From contig JBBTVD010000011.1 of NCBI GenBank assembly GCA_038063415.1, forward strand, positions 779 through 64,778: DNA of 64,000 bases. The letters run 5' to 3'. The translations under genes were made by a program, and so were the position numbers. Positions within the stretch are counted from its first letter, which is position 1, and every line of letters starts with the position of its first letter. This DNA comes from Patescibacteria group bacterium (lineage in GTDB: Bacteria; Patescibacteriota; Microgenomatia; Levybacterales; UBA12049). Below, piece by piece: positions 18,837 through 27,639 of this stretch. The notes below the pieces were generated by a model, which saw only the letters and a program-made list of their open reading frames with translations, had not been told where the DNA came from and made no database searches.

Positions 18837-19775
18837 TCAACATTGGCAAGAGCTACAGAAAAACGTTCCCCGCCCTCCGAGTACACATCTTTGAATTATT
18901 GTGCCACAAAGAGGGCATGCTTGTCCATCTTTTTTATACACAAGAAAATGTTTCTGATAATTGCCCTGCGTACCAAGCACACTGATATAGTTATTTGCCG
19001 ATGCTCCCCCCAGCGCAATACTTTTGGTGAGCAATGCCTCGATTGCGACAAAGAGCTTCTGTTGTTCAGATGGGGATAAAGAGCTTGCCGAACGAGTTGG
19101 GAGAATCCCCGCCTGGAAGAGTGCATCATTGGCATAAATATTCCCCACACCGGCAATCCTTCGCTGATCCATAAGAACGGTCTTTATAGGCGATCTGGTA
19201 GCCTTCAGAATGGTTTTAAAATCCTTAAGTGTCAAATCTCGCAACGGCTCCTTCCCAAGAGACTTAAAAAAAGGCAAAAAGGCTACTTCTTCTGTAGGAA
19301 CAACCTGAATCCAGCCAAACTGCCGGATGTCACGATAGTACAACACCGCTCCCCGATCCAAATGAAAAATGACATGTGTGTACTTGTCTGGAAGATCTTC
19401 CAAAGAAAACTGAGAAAAGGATGTAGCATTTTTTTCGTTCGCATCCTGAACTCCTTGATTATTTTTTAAATATGATTGTGTGAATTGCGGAACAGAAAAA
19501 TGTTGCAATCCAATCTCAGATTCTTTATCTTTTGCTGGTTTGTACAATAGCTGCCCCGTCATCTTCACATGAATGGCCAAACTCATATTATTTGAAAAAT
19601 CAATCACCAACCCTTTCCCAAACTTTCTGGCACCACTGACCTTAGCTCCGGTAATTAACTTCGGATCTCCACGAAACTGTTTGGGGAGAGTAATCACAAT
19701 ATCCAAGATCGTGTGTCCTACCAGATGTTTCTTCAGACCAAGACGAATTGTTTCTACTTCAGGAAGTTCAGTCAT
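18837..19775 (-). CDS. Fpg/Nei-family DNA glycosylase (formamidopyrimidine-DNA glycosylase-like) with a ~50-aa insertion
   Basis: Starts MTELPEVE (P2 and E3 catalytic residues). Has an H2TH region and a C-terminal zinc finger CPLCG...CSSCQ. The called start at 19835 is probably spurious. Confidence 0.85.
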   Translation of the reverse strand: MTELPEVETIRLGLKKHLVGHTILDIVITLPKQFRGDPKLITGAKVSGARKFGKGLVIDFSNNMSLAIHVKMTGQLLYKPAKDKESEIGLQHFSVPQFTQSYLKNNQGVQDANEKNATSFSQFSLEDLPDKYTHVIFHLDRGAVLYYRDIRQFGWIQVVPTEEVAFLPFFKSLGKEPLRDLTLKDFKTILKATRSPIKTVLMDQRRIAGVGNIYANDALFQAGILPTRSASSLSPSEQQKLFVAIEALLTKSIALGGASANNYISVLGTQGNYQKHFLVYKKDGQACPLCGTIIQRCVLGGRGTFFCSSCQC

Positions 19776-19782
19776 GAGGAGA

Positions 19783-20193
19783 TTATAGCAGGCCTCTTTC
19801 CTTAAAATACTTTTCAGAAGGACGAGGCAAAGCAAGTGACTTTAACTCAGACAGCTTTATCCACTGCAAACTGACCAAATCGTCGGCCGCTACAGCATCT
19901 ATACCCTCCGGTTCTATACGGAAGACCAAAAAGACATAATGCGTTAGCTCTCCATGCTTATCAGGCTCATAATCCTCATCAAACGCTACTCGCTCTATCT
20001 TCTTTACCGACAAACCAGTCTCTTCTGTAACTTCCCGCTTCACCGCATCATGCACCGATTCTTCGCCGAGATTGACTCCACCACCCGACAAATGCCACGT
20101 GTTAGGATAGGGTCCAGTATTTTCCTTCTTCTTCCCAAGAAGTACCTTTCCCTCTTTTTCAATAATAGCCGTAACTACTAATCGCGATTTCAT
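19783..20193 (-). CDS. NUDIX hydrolase
   Basis: Nudix box GGGVNLGEESVHDAVKREVTEETGL, 136 aa. Confidence 0.85.
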   Translation of the reverse strand: MKSRLVVTAIIEKEGKVLLGKKKENTGPYPNTWHLSGGGVNLGEESVHDAVKREVTEETGLSVKKIERVAFDEDYEPDKHGELTHYVFLVFRIEPEGIDAVAADDLVSLQWIKLSELKSLALPRPSEKYFKERGLL

Positions 20194-21374
20194 ACTTTTT
20201 TTTGCTTTACCTTGGCAGACACAAACGCTTGTATTTGCTTCATAAAGCGTTCTTTTGAAAACTTCTCTGCTTGTTTTTTACACTCCACTTGCATTTTGTC
20301 ATGCTGAACTTGTTTGCGCATCTCAAACCTTTTAATTGCCCGAGACAACCCTTCAGCAGTAAGCTTGTCAAAAAAGATTCCCGTCTTCCCATCGATAACG
20401 GTTTCTTTTACACCGCCCCCCCCGTAGGCAATCACGGGTATCCCACAAGCCATTGCCTCAACTGGTGTAATCCCAAAATCCTCATCGGCAGCAGCAAAAA
20501 GGAATGCCTTGGCACCCTGCATTAGACGCAATTTTTCTTCTTCGTTTACTTCGCCAACAAACGCAACCGTCTTCCCCGCCAACGACTGTAACTCTTCTCC
20601 ATAGCCAGCAAAGGATTTACCAAAAACTTTCAATGGCACACCAAGATCGGTACACGCCTGGACAATCAGATCAAAATGCTTCGCACGAGCCAAGCGACCA
20701 CCAGCAAGATAGTATGCTTTTGACTTGTCATTCCGGGCTTGACCCGGAATCCATTCCATTCTAGATTCCCGCCTTCGCGGGAATGACAATAAAGAAATGT
20801 CCACTGGAGGGTAAATCACGGTCGAATCCCTTCGATAAAACTTCCTAATTCTCCCCGAAACCTCTTGTGAATTGGCAATAAACCAGTCAACCTGTTGTGC
20901 TATCCGAAAATCACTCAGTCGCAGGAAATGATTTGCTATCGTAGCAAACGCTGCTACGAGCTTATGCTTCTTCCAGCTACGTGCGGTTGCATACCCATAG
21001 AGATATCGAGGTGGTGTATGACAGTAGCAAATATGCACTTCCTTCCCCTTACGAATCGCGTTTGGAAAAAAGGCGCCGGTTGCTGAGACAATAACCACAT
21101 CATACGAAGAGAAATCAAATTGCCCAAAAACAGAAGCTGAAATGACTCGAAAAGGGCTTAGGAGTTTGTAGTTAAATGGCACATGTTGGAACCAAGTTGT
21201 CTTAATCTTCCACCCTGAGAAACGCTTTCTATGTGGGCCAAGGAACTTGGGTAAATAGACAGATGTATACACATCCGCATCTGGATAGATCTCGTGCAAA
21301 GCCTCAAGCACCCGTTCTGCACCCCCATACTCTTTGATGTAATCATGGACTAACGCAACCTTTATCTTTTTCAT
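20190..21374 (-). CDS. Glycosyltransferase family 4 (GT-B fold)
   Basis: C-terminal EDFGITPVEAMACGIPVIA (the E-x7-E region of GT4). Carries two family-A repeat insertions (SFPRRRESRMEWIPGQARNDKSKA, and a C-terminal MRKQVQHDKMQ). Confidence 0.8.
   Translation of the reverse strand: MKKIKVALVHDYIKEYGGAERVLEALHEIYPDADVYTSVYLPKFLGPHRKRFSGWKIKTTWFQHVPFNYKLLSPFRVISASVFGQFDFSSYDVVIVSATGAFFPNAIRKGKEVHICYCHTPPRYLYGYATARSWKKHKLVAAFATIANHFLRLSDFRIAQQVDWFIANSQEVSGRIRKFYRRDSTVIYPPVDISLLSFPRRRESRMEWIPGQARNDKSKAYYLAGGRLARAKHFDLIVQACTDLGVPLKVFGKSFAGYGEELQSLAGKTVAFVGEVNEEEKLRLMQGAKAFLFAAADEDFGITPVEAMACGIPVIAYGGGGVKETVIDGKTGIFFDKLTAEGLSRAIKRFEMRKQVQHDKMQVECKKQAEKFSKERFMKQIQAFVSAKVKQKKV
20296..20322. repeat. 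Family A repeat, solo degenerate unit 1', inside the glycosyltransferase CDS
   Basis: gtcatgctgaacttgtttgcgcatc. Same unit as at 16345 and 48997 with two substitutions that break the hairpin. Translated as MRKQVQHDK. Confidence 0.6.
20727..20788. repeat. Family A repeat, copy 5, in frame inside the glycosyltransferase CDS
   Basis: gtcattccgggcttgacccggaatcca + spacer + gattcccgccttcgcgggaatgaca. Translated as RRRESRMEWIPGQARND. Confidence 0.8.
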
Positions 21375-21409
21375 ATAATCTATTATACTGTATTAAGAAT
21401 CAATCTGTT

Positions 21410-21931
21410 ATGGCTGCTACTGAAAAAGGAGTATTCTCTGAAAAATTTCCAACTCGCCCCCAAGATCCTGCCGAAGGAGTCCGAAGGCAAAAGCTGGAAG
21501 AAGCCTATTCTCAGGTAGATACGTTCCTTAACGAAGCGACCATAGATTCTCCTCACATAAACGTAGCCATGAGTCTTATGACTGAACTAGTCGAAGAAGC
21601 AACAATGGCCAATCTTCAACGGTTTGAATCGGGTATAGACGAGACAGGAGTCCTTGCCAGCATACAACTGAGCCCACAAAGAATGCCAGAAGAAACTAAA
21701 AAACCAGAAAATCTTCTCGCTAGAAGATTTTATGCTATTATCGCTACAGTTGAGTCACCTGAACTCGCACTTTATCGCACAGATCATACTGCAGGAGATA
21801 GAATCCTTCAAGTATTAGCAGGACGAAAACGCATTGCTGCAAAAATTGGTGAAAGGGGGGGGAATATTTTAATTACAGCTGGAAAGCTATTCTCAAAATT
21901 ACCTCCTAAAAAATCCCAACCAAGCTCATAA
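21410..21931 (+). CDS. Hypothetical protein (173 aa)
   Basis: Complete ORF. No motif recognised. Confidence 0.45.
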   Translation: MAATEKGVFSEKFPTRPQDPAEGVRRQKLEEAYSQVDTFLNEATIDSPHINVAMSLMTELVEEATMANLQRFESGIDETGVLASIQLSPQRMPEETKKPENLLARRFYAIIATVESPELALYRTDHTAGDRILQVLAGRKRIAAKIGERGGNILITAGKLFSKLPPKKSQPSS

Positions 21932-22586
21932 AAACCTCATCAGCACCTGCCTCTGTGAGCTCTTTTCTGATCTTTTCGTCCTTGTTTACCCCATAGACAA
22001 GCATGCCAGCAGCCTTTCCTGCTTTGACACCATTTACTGAATCTTCAAGTACGAGGCATGCCTCAGGCTGTTTTTGCAGCTTTTGTGCAGTTATGAGAAA
22101 AACGTCCGGGTGAGGCTTCCCTCGATGGACTTCATCACAGGACACAATCAACGGAAAATACTCTTGCAAATGAAACGTCTCAAGCATTTTGACCATACTC
22201 TCTTTGGTATGACCTCCCGTCGCAATCGCTAAAGGAAGCTGGCTCCCGGCAAGCAAAACAATAAGATCCTTTGCACCTGGAAGCAATCGCATTGTCCCCG
22301 GGTTAAGAAAGTTGTGATAGAACATATTACGATATTCTTCCAATAAAACAGTGAGGGGTTGTGCAAGATGGTATCGTTCTCGCAGTTCAGTAAAAAAATC
22401 TTTCAACCCAATCCCAGGCCGATCCTCCGTAAGAGCCGCTTTATCCGTGATGTTATGCTTCCTCAAAAACTCTTCATAGGTTTTTTGCCACGAAGGCTCA
22501 GAGTCAATTAAGAGTCCATCGACATCAAAAATAACCGCCTGGATATTATTTTTCATATACCTCCTCATGTGTGCCAATATCGACAA
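21906..22586 (-). CDS. HAD-superfamily hydrolase, subfamily IA (beta-phosphoglucomutase/phosphatase-like)
   Basis: Motif I AVIFDVDGLLIDSE, a motif II Ser/Thr, and a motif IV Asp pair near the C-terminus. Confidence 0.85.
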   Translation of the reverse strand: MSILAHMRRYMKNNIQAVIFDVDGLLIDSEPSWQKTYEEFLRKHNITDKAALTEDRPGIGLKDFFTELRERYHLAQPLTVLLEEYRNMFYHNFLNPGTMRLLPGAKDLIVLLAGSQLPLAIATGGHTKESMVKMLETFHLQEYFPLIVSCDEVHRGKPHPDVFLITAQKLQKQPEACLVLEDSVNGVKAGKAAGMLVYGVNKDEKIRKELTEAGADEVFMSLVGIF

Positions 22587-22607
22587 ATGGAGAGAAATTA
22601 GCTTTCA

Positions 22608-22898
22608 TTATGAAACATGGCAAAAAAATGTTGAAGCGTCAACTGCTTTATCCTTTTCTTCTAATGCCTTTTTCAGCCTTCTCTCGCTTCTTTTTGACAT
22701 CGTTTTTACAGGATATAATTGCCCTTCCAAATTCGCTATTACCTGTTTTGCTGTATGCTTCTCTTCCTTTACTTCCTTCGCGAGTATTTTTTTGACAAAC
22801 TCAGAGACAGACAGACCGAGCTCATCTGCTTTGGCTTTTAGCAAATTGCCAAACTCTTGTGGCACATCAATAGTAAGGTGTATCTGTATAGTTTTCAT
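22608..22898 (-). CDS. Small ribbon-helix-helix-like DNA-binding protein (putative)
   Basis: Starts at the internal MKTIQIHLTIDVPQEF. A beta-strand then two helices is typical of CopG/Arc-type antitoxins or regulators. Assignment is tentative. Confidence 0.35.
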   Translation of the reverse strand: MKTIQIHLTIDVPQEFGNLLKAKADELGLSVSEFVKKILAKEVKEEKHTAKQVIANLEGQLYPVKTMSKRSERRLKKALEEKDKAVDASTFFCHVS

Positions 22899-22959
22899 CG
22901 TAAGGTCATTATAACTTTCTCTCGTTGACAAGACAAGACAAGACAAGTAATATGGATGT

Positions 22960-23334
22960 ATGGTCGATGGAGCAGAATCACGGGAAACAAATCAAACTCC
23001 TGAAGAAATAGCTACTGAACTCTTACACAAGGCTACATGGGGTTCACCTGCATTATATGCAGCTCAAGATTTTGCCGAGTTTTGTCTTGCTGATGGATAT
23101 GAGCCATCTGTCAGAGAAAAAAAAAGAGAAAAAATCAATGATCGTATAACTGAACATCGATTGGAAAAGCCAGGATATGGGTATACTTTGGCTCAATTTA
23201 ATGCACTATATCCAAACCTCGCTAGAAATAGGACTGCTGTAACTTTTGGTGCAAATTTATATGGGAAAGTACAGGAGATTACTGATAGACCTGCGCCTTC
23301 TCCAGAACCTCCTCCACTATCACAACAACCCTAG
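22960..23334 (+). CDS. Hypothetical protein (124 aa)
   Basis: ORF preceded by a TTGACA-N17-TAATAT promoter-like sequence (22925-22953) embedded in a (gacaa)x4 tandem repeat. Confidence 0.4.
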   Translation: MVDGAESRETNQTPEEIATELLHKATWGSPALYAAQDFAEFCLADGYEPSVREKKREKINDRITEHRLEKPGYGYTLAQFNALYPNLARNRTAVTFGANLYGKVQEITDRPAPSPEPPPLSQQP

Positions 23335-24360
23335 CTGCTCCTGTTCCTTGCCAAACTGCGTATCAAGCCGCTTGAGCAAACTATTGAATTCATGCTCTTT
23401 AAAGGTCTTACGAAGGGCAGCAATATCAAAATCTGCACAGGCACAATCAGCAAGATCAAACTGAATTGGTGCATCAGTGATGATCTGGGCGAGTTTTTTG
23501 GCAAGTGCAGATTGCTCAGCATCAGTTGCTAGCTTCAGCCCAATCTTTTCAGGAAGCTCCCCTATTTTTTCATACAGGTTCTCAAAGGTTTTGAACTCTT
23601 GTAGGAGCTTACTGGCAGTCTTTGGACCAATTCCTGTCACGCCAGGATAACCATCTGATGGGTCGCCAATCAGCGCCTTATAATCGACAAACTGACTCGG
23701 ATGTACCCCATATTTCTCCTCAACTGCCGCTTCATCGTACATAACCGTCTTGGTAATCCCTGTCTGTGGCATCATTACCTTTACCTGAGGGTTCACTAGC
23801 TGTAACAAATCCCGATCCCCTGTCAGAATGACGACCTCTAATTCGTTAGTATGATCGGAGGCTGTATTGCGAGGGGGGGCAGTCGTGGGATTCAATTGAG
23901 AGTGGGTGACGCGACTGGGGTCCCCTGCTCGAGCGCCCGCAGGAAGATCTTCCGAGGACGTCGGAGCGGGGTGAGGAGCGTCAGGACCCGCTGAGACAAC
24001 AGCCTTCGTCGCAATTGTCCCAATCAAATCATCCCCCTCATACCCATCCAACTCAAAAATCTCTACCTTCATCGTCCGCAGCAACTCCCGGATCAGATGC
24101 ATCTGGGAAATTAGATCATCAGGAGGAGGTTGCCTATTCTCGTGATACCCAGCAAAAAGAGTCTGTCTAAAGGTTGGTGCAGCACGATCAAAACAGACAG
24201 CCAGATACTCAGGCTTCTGATCCTCGAGCACAAGAAAAAGCATGGTAAAGAAGCCATAAATAGCGTTTACAAATTCTCCTTTGGGATTGGTGAGTGTCGG
24301 ATAGGCATGATAGGCGCGGTATAAGATAGCGTTACCATCGATAAGAAGAAGCTTCTGCAT
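23320..24360 (-). CDS. 5'-3' exonuclease (Pol I N-terminal / FEN-like domain, stand-alone)
   Basis: MQKLLLIDGNAILYRAYHA N-terminus, the GYEGDDLIGT and LTGDRDLLQL metal-binding motifs, and an H3TH region. Contains a ~50-aa low-complexity in-frame insertion between the conserved blocks, encoded by repeat family B. Confidence 0.85.
   Translation of the reverse strand: MQKLLLIDGNAILYRAYHAYPTLTNPKGEFVNAIYGFFTMLFLVLEDQKPEYLAVCFDRAAPTFRQTLFAGYHENRQPPPDDLISQMHLIRELLRTMKVEIFELDGYEGDDLIGTIATKAVVSAGPDAPHPAPTSSEDLPAGARAGDPSRVTHSQLNPTTAPPRNTASDHTNELEVVILTGDRDLLQLVNPQVKVMMPQTGITKTVMYDEAAVEEKYGVHPSQFVDYKALIGDPSDGYPGVTGIGPKTASKLLQEFKTFENLYEKIGELPEKIGLKLATDAEQSALAKKLAQIITDAPIQFDLADCACADFDIAALRKTFKEHEFNSLLKRLDTQFGKEQEQLGLL
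23838..23995. repeat. Family B repeat, copy 2, in frame inside the 5'-3' exonuclease CDS
   Basis: The core 23912-23990 matches 10556-10635. It encodes AGPDAPHPAPTSSEDLPAGARAGDPSRVTHSQLNPTTAPP between the GTIATKAV and VVILTGDRD blocks. Confidence 0.7.
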
Positions 24361-24378
24361 GAAATTATTATACCAGAG

Positions 24379-26238
24379 CTATGCCTTTACTGTCGCTTTT
24401 GCAAGTTCCTTTTTGGGGCCAATCAATTTTACAAAATCTTCAGAATCAATGGTTTCTTTCTTCAAGAGTTCTTCAGCAAGCACATCAAGCTTCTCTCTCA
24501 GCTTTGTCAAAATAACAATAGCATCTTTGTAGGCTTTTGTTGCAATCTTCTCTACTTGTGTGTCAATCTTGGCGGCCATCTCAGGAGAGATATCAGACTG
24601 CTCGTAGAAATTGCGCTCACCATCAAGATTCATTGGCCCCAGTGGACTCATCCCAAACTTGGTTACCATTGCCCGAGCAACCCGAGTTGCCTTCTCAATA
24701 TCGTCAGATGCACCAGTGGTAATATCATCAAAAATGAGGCTTTCTGCAGCACGACCTCCCATCATAACGGCAATTTGCTCTTCAAGATGTGCTTTGGTTT
24801 CATGTACTCGCTCGATCTGCTCAGTCATAGTGTGTCCAAGAGACATCCCACGGGAAACAATCGAAATACGATGAATTGGCTCAACATGAGGCATTTCCCA
24901 AGCAACCAGCGCATGCCCAGCCTCATGGTAAGCAGTCATTCTTCTATCAAGATCCGTCTGGAGTCGTTTCTTTTCAGGACCCAGCTTCACACGGGTTGCT
25001 GATTCCTCAAGATCAGCCATGTCGATTGCTTTTTTATTTTGTCGTGCGGCGTAAATAGCTGCTTCATTAAGCATATTCTCAAGATCTGCTCCTGAGAAAC
25101 CAACCGTACGCTTCGCAACTTTGTCCCAATCAACACCATGTGTAAAAGGCTTCCCTTTGGCATGAATAGCTAAAATCTTCTTGCGGCCTTCAACATCAGG
25201 AAGCTCTAGCTGTACTCGGCGATCAAAACGGCCTGGACGAACAAGTGCAGGATCAAGTACATCAGGACGATTGGTTGCAGCCATCACAATGACATGCTCA
25301 TTTGGAGTAAACCCATCCATCTCAACAAGGATTTGATTTAATGTTTGTTCACGTTCGTCGTGCCCCCCCATAAGCCCTACTCCCCGCTGACGACCAATCG
25401 CATCAACTTCATCAATAAAGATAATTGCTGGCTGTGCTTTCTTGGCGGTGTTAAAGAGATCTCTTACACGTGATGCTCCGACACCGACAAGCATTTCCAT
25501 AAATTCAGATCCAGCCATTGAGAAGAAAGCGACATTGGCTTCCCCTGCCGTGGCACGAGCAAGAAGGGTTTTCCCTGTACCTGCAGGCCCAATCATCAAT
25601 ACACCTTTTGGTGTACGAGCACCCATTGCTTTATATTTGACCGGATTTTTGAGAAAATCAACAATTTCAGTCAGCTCTTGTTTGGCATCATCAACGCCGG
25701 CTACATTATCAAACGTAACTTTTGGATTATCTTTGTTAAAGAGTTTTGCTCGTGACTGGCCAAAAGAAAAAATACTCTCCTGCGTCCCACGTGCCTGACG
25801 AAAAATGAAGTAGAAAAAGGCAATCATTAGGACTACTGGCAAGATAGTGGAGGTTACATTGATCCAGGTGTTCATCGTAGAACTATCCTTGACCGAGACT
25901 TTTGCATCACCCAGAGAAACGCCAGCGTTCTTAAACAAAGAATACACATCTGACCCTGGTTCTTTTACTGTTTGGAATTTGTTGCCATTTTTATCAAGAA
26001 TGGTAAGCTTGTCTCCATTTACGGTGATTTCAGTGATTTCATTACTTTTTACCTTATCAACTACCTGCGAAAGCGGGAGTGTTGACTGTGATTCATAGGG
26101 TGCAGTGATTGCAGAAACAAGGAATAAGGAAGTAAGAGCCAAAAAGCCGTACAACACGAGTGTTTTCCAGGAAAATTTGGTTTTGATTTTCACGCGTTTT
26201 TTGGAATCTGCAGGGTGTTTTTTGCCATTCGTAGCCAT
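24379..26238 (-). CDS. ftsH: ATP-dependent zinc metalloprotease FtsH
   Basis: N-terminal transmembrane helices, an AAA+ module (GPAGTGKT Walker A, second region of homology) and the HEAGHAL zinc-binding motif. Confidence 0.95.
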   Translation of the reverse strand: MATNGKKHPADSKKRVKIKTKFSWKTLVLYGFLALTSLFLVSAITAPYESQSTLPLSQVVDKVKSNEITEITVNGDKLTILDKNGNKFQTVKEPGSDVYSLFKNAGVSLGDAKVSVKDSSTMNTWINVTSTILPVVLMIAFFYFIFRQARGTQESIFSFGQSRAKLFNKDNPKVTFDNVAGVDDAKQELTEIVDFLKNPVKYKAMGARTPKGVLMIGPAGTGKTLLARATAGEANVAFFSMAGSEFMEMLVGVGASRVRDLFNTAKKAQPAIIFIDEVDAIGRQRGVGLMGGHDEREQTLNQILVEMDGFTPNEHVIVMAATNRPDVLDPALVRPGRFDRRVQLELPDVEGRKKILAIHAKGKPFTHGVDWDKVAKRTVGFSGADLENMLNEAAIYAARQNKKAIDMADLEESATRVKLGPEKKRLQTDLDRRMTAYHEAGHALVAWEMPHVEPIHRISIVSRGMSLGHTMTEQIERVHETKAHLEEQIAVMMGGRAAESLIFDDITTGASDDIEKATRVARAMVTKFGMSPLGPMNLDGERNFYEQSDISPEMAAKIDTQVEKIATKAYKDAIVILTKLREKLDVLAEELLKKETIDSEDFVKLIGPKKELAKATVKA

Positions 26239-26271
26239 AGTGTGATTGTCAGTATAACATAAGTAATGAGG

Positions 26272-27573
26272 CTATGCTAGCCCCATTACTTCTTTTTTAA
26301 ACTGGTCTCCTCGATCTTTATAATTCTTAAAGACACCAAAGCTAGGAGCGGCCGGAGAGAGTAAACAAATCTTTCCAGAATTTGTCTCATCGAGTGCATA
26401 AACAATTGCTTCATGCATCGAGTGAACATCAAGCTTCTTTATTTTCTTTTCTCCTCCAGCAGTCACAATTGCCTCCCAAATCTTTTCTCCTGTAGTCGGA
26501 AAAAGAATAGTCGTTCGTACGCCACTGGTTACGAGGTATTGCCCAAGCTCGTTATAATCTACTCCCCGATCATGTCCTCCAGCAATGAGTGTCTCTACCT
26601 CTCCAGCAAAGGCGTCTAATGCACCAATGGTAGCTTCGGGGACGGTAGCAAGAGAATCGTTATAAAACCTAATACCTTGCTTTTCCCCAACATACTCCAA
26701 ACGGTGCGGTAAGCCATAAAACGTTTTAAGCACTTCTATAATATATTTTGTTGATACTTCAGCAAGTCGTGCAGCCATAATAGCCGCACACACATTTTCA
26801 AGGTTATGCGCTCCAGGCAATGCAACATCTTTGGTTGCAATAATTTCATCTTCAGTCTCATTTTTCTTGACGTAAATGGCTCCACTAAGGGTATAACAAG
26901 CATTGTTTGTTTCACGCTCCCGGCTCACATAAAAAAGCTGCGCATCAGTATAGAGGTCTGATTCATTGGTCACAGGATAATCTCGATTGAGTACCGCAAA
27001 ATCTGTCTGTTTCTGGAAGCGTAAGAGGTTACGTTTGGCCTCAATATAGGACTCAACATTCGGATGGTAATCCAAATGCTCTGAGGTAAGCATGAGCATG
27101 ACTGCAATGTGTGGGCTATATTTTATATCCTGTAATTGAAAGCTTGAAAGTTCAAGCACTGTCCAAGAATGATCAGTTAAAGTGTCCAACACTTCGATTG
27201 CAGGCTTTCCAATGTTTCCTCCAAGATATACCTCTTTTTTATCTTTCTTGAGCATTTCATAGATAAGTGTCGCTGTTGTACTCTTTCCTTTGGTTCCAGT
27301 CACACCAATCGTTTTGCCTTTTGCATTGGCAAAAAAGATATTGGTAGCGGTGGTATATGGGATAGTCACAAGTTCTGGACGAACCCCAGGAGATTTGATA
27401 GCAAGTTCATAATCCTGTTGATCTTCTAGATAATCTTCTCCATCAGAGGCATCAACCACATCGATGATGGCCTCAGGAAAATGTTTTTTGAGAAAAGCAT
27501 GCGTTGCTTTGCCCTCCACTCCGTAGCCAATAATTAGTATCTTTTTGTATTTTTTAAGTTCATTAATCGTCAT
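26272..27573 (-). CDS. murD: Mur ligase, probably UDP-N-acetylmuramoylalanine--D-glutamate ligase
   Basis: N-terminal Rossmann ILIIGYGVEG and a Mur-ligase P-loop GVTGTKGKSTT. Three-domain size of 433 aa. MurD versus MurC is not resolved. Confidence 0.7.
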   Translation of the reverse strand: MTINELKKYKKILIIGYGVEGKATHAFLKKHFPEAIIDVVDASDGEDYLEDQQDYELAIKSPGVRPELVTIPYTTATNIFFANAKGKTIGVTGTKGKSTTATLIYEMLKKDKKEVYLGGNIGKPAIEVLDTLTDHSWTVLELSSFQLQDIKYSPHIAVMLMLTSEHLDYHPNVESYIEAKRNLLRFQKQTDFAVLNRDYPVTNESDLYTDAQLFYVSRERETNNACYTLSGAIYVKKNETEDEIIATKDVALPGAHNLENVCAAIMAARLAEVSTKYIIEVLKTFYGLPHRLEYVGEKQGIRFYNDSLATVPEATIGALDAFAGEVETLIAGGHDRGVDYNELGQYLVTSGVRTTILFPTTGEKIWEAIVTAGGEKKIKKLDVHSMHEAIVYALDETNSGKICLLSPAAPSFGVFKNYKDRGDQFKKEVMGLA

Positions 27574-27639
27574 ATTTCTTACTATGTATTATAACATGAG
27601 ATATAAGGATACATGATACAATTATACATATAGCTAGCT

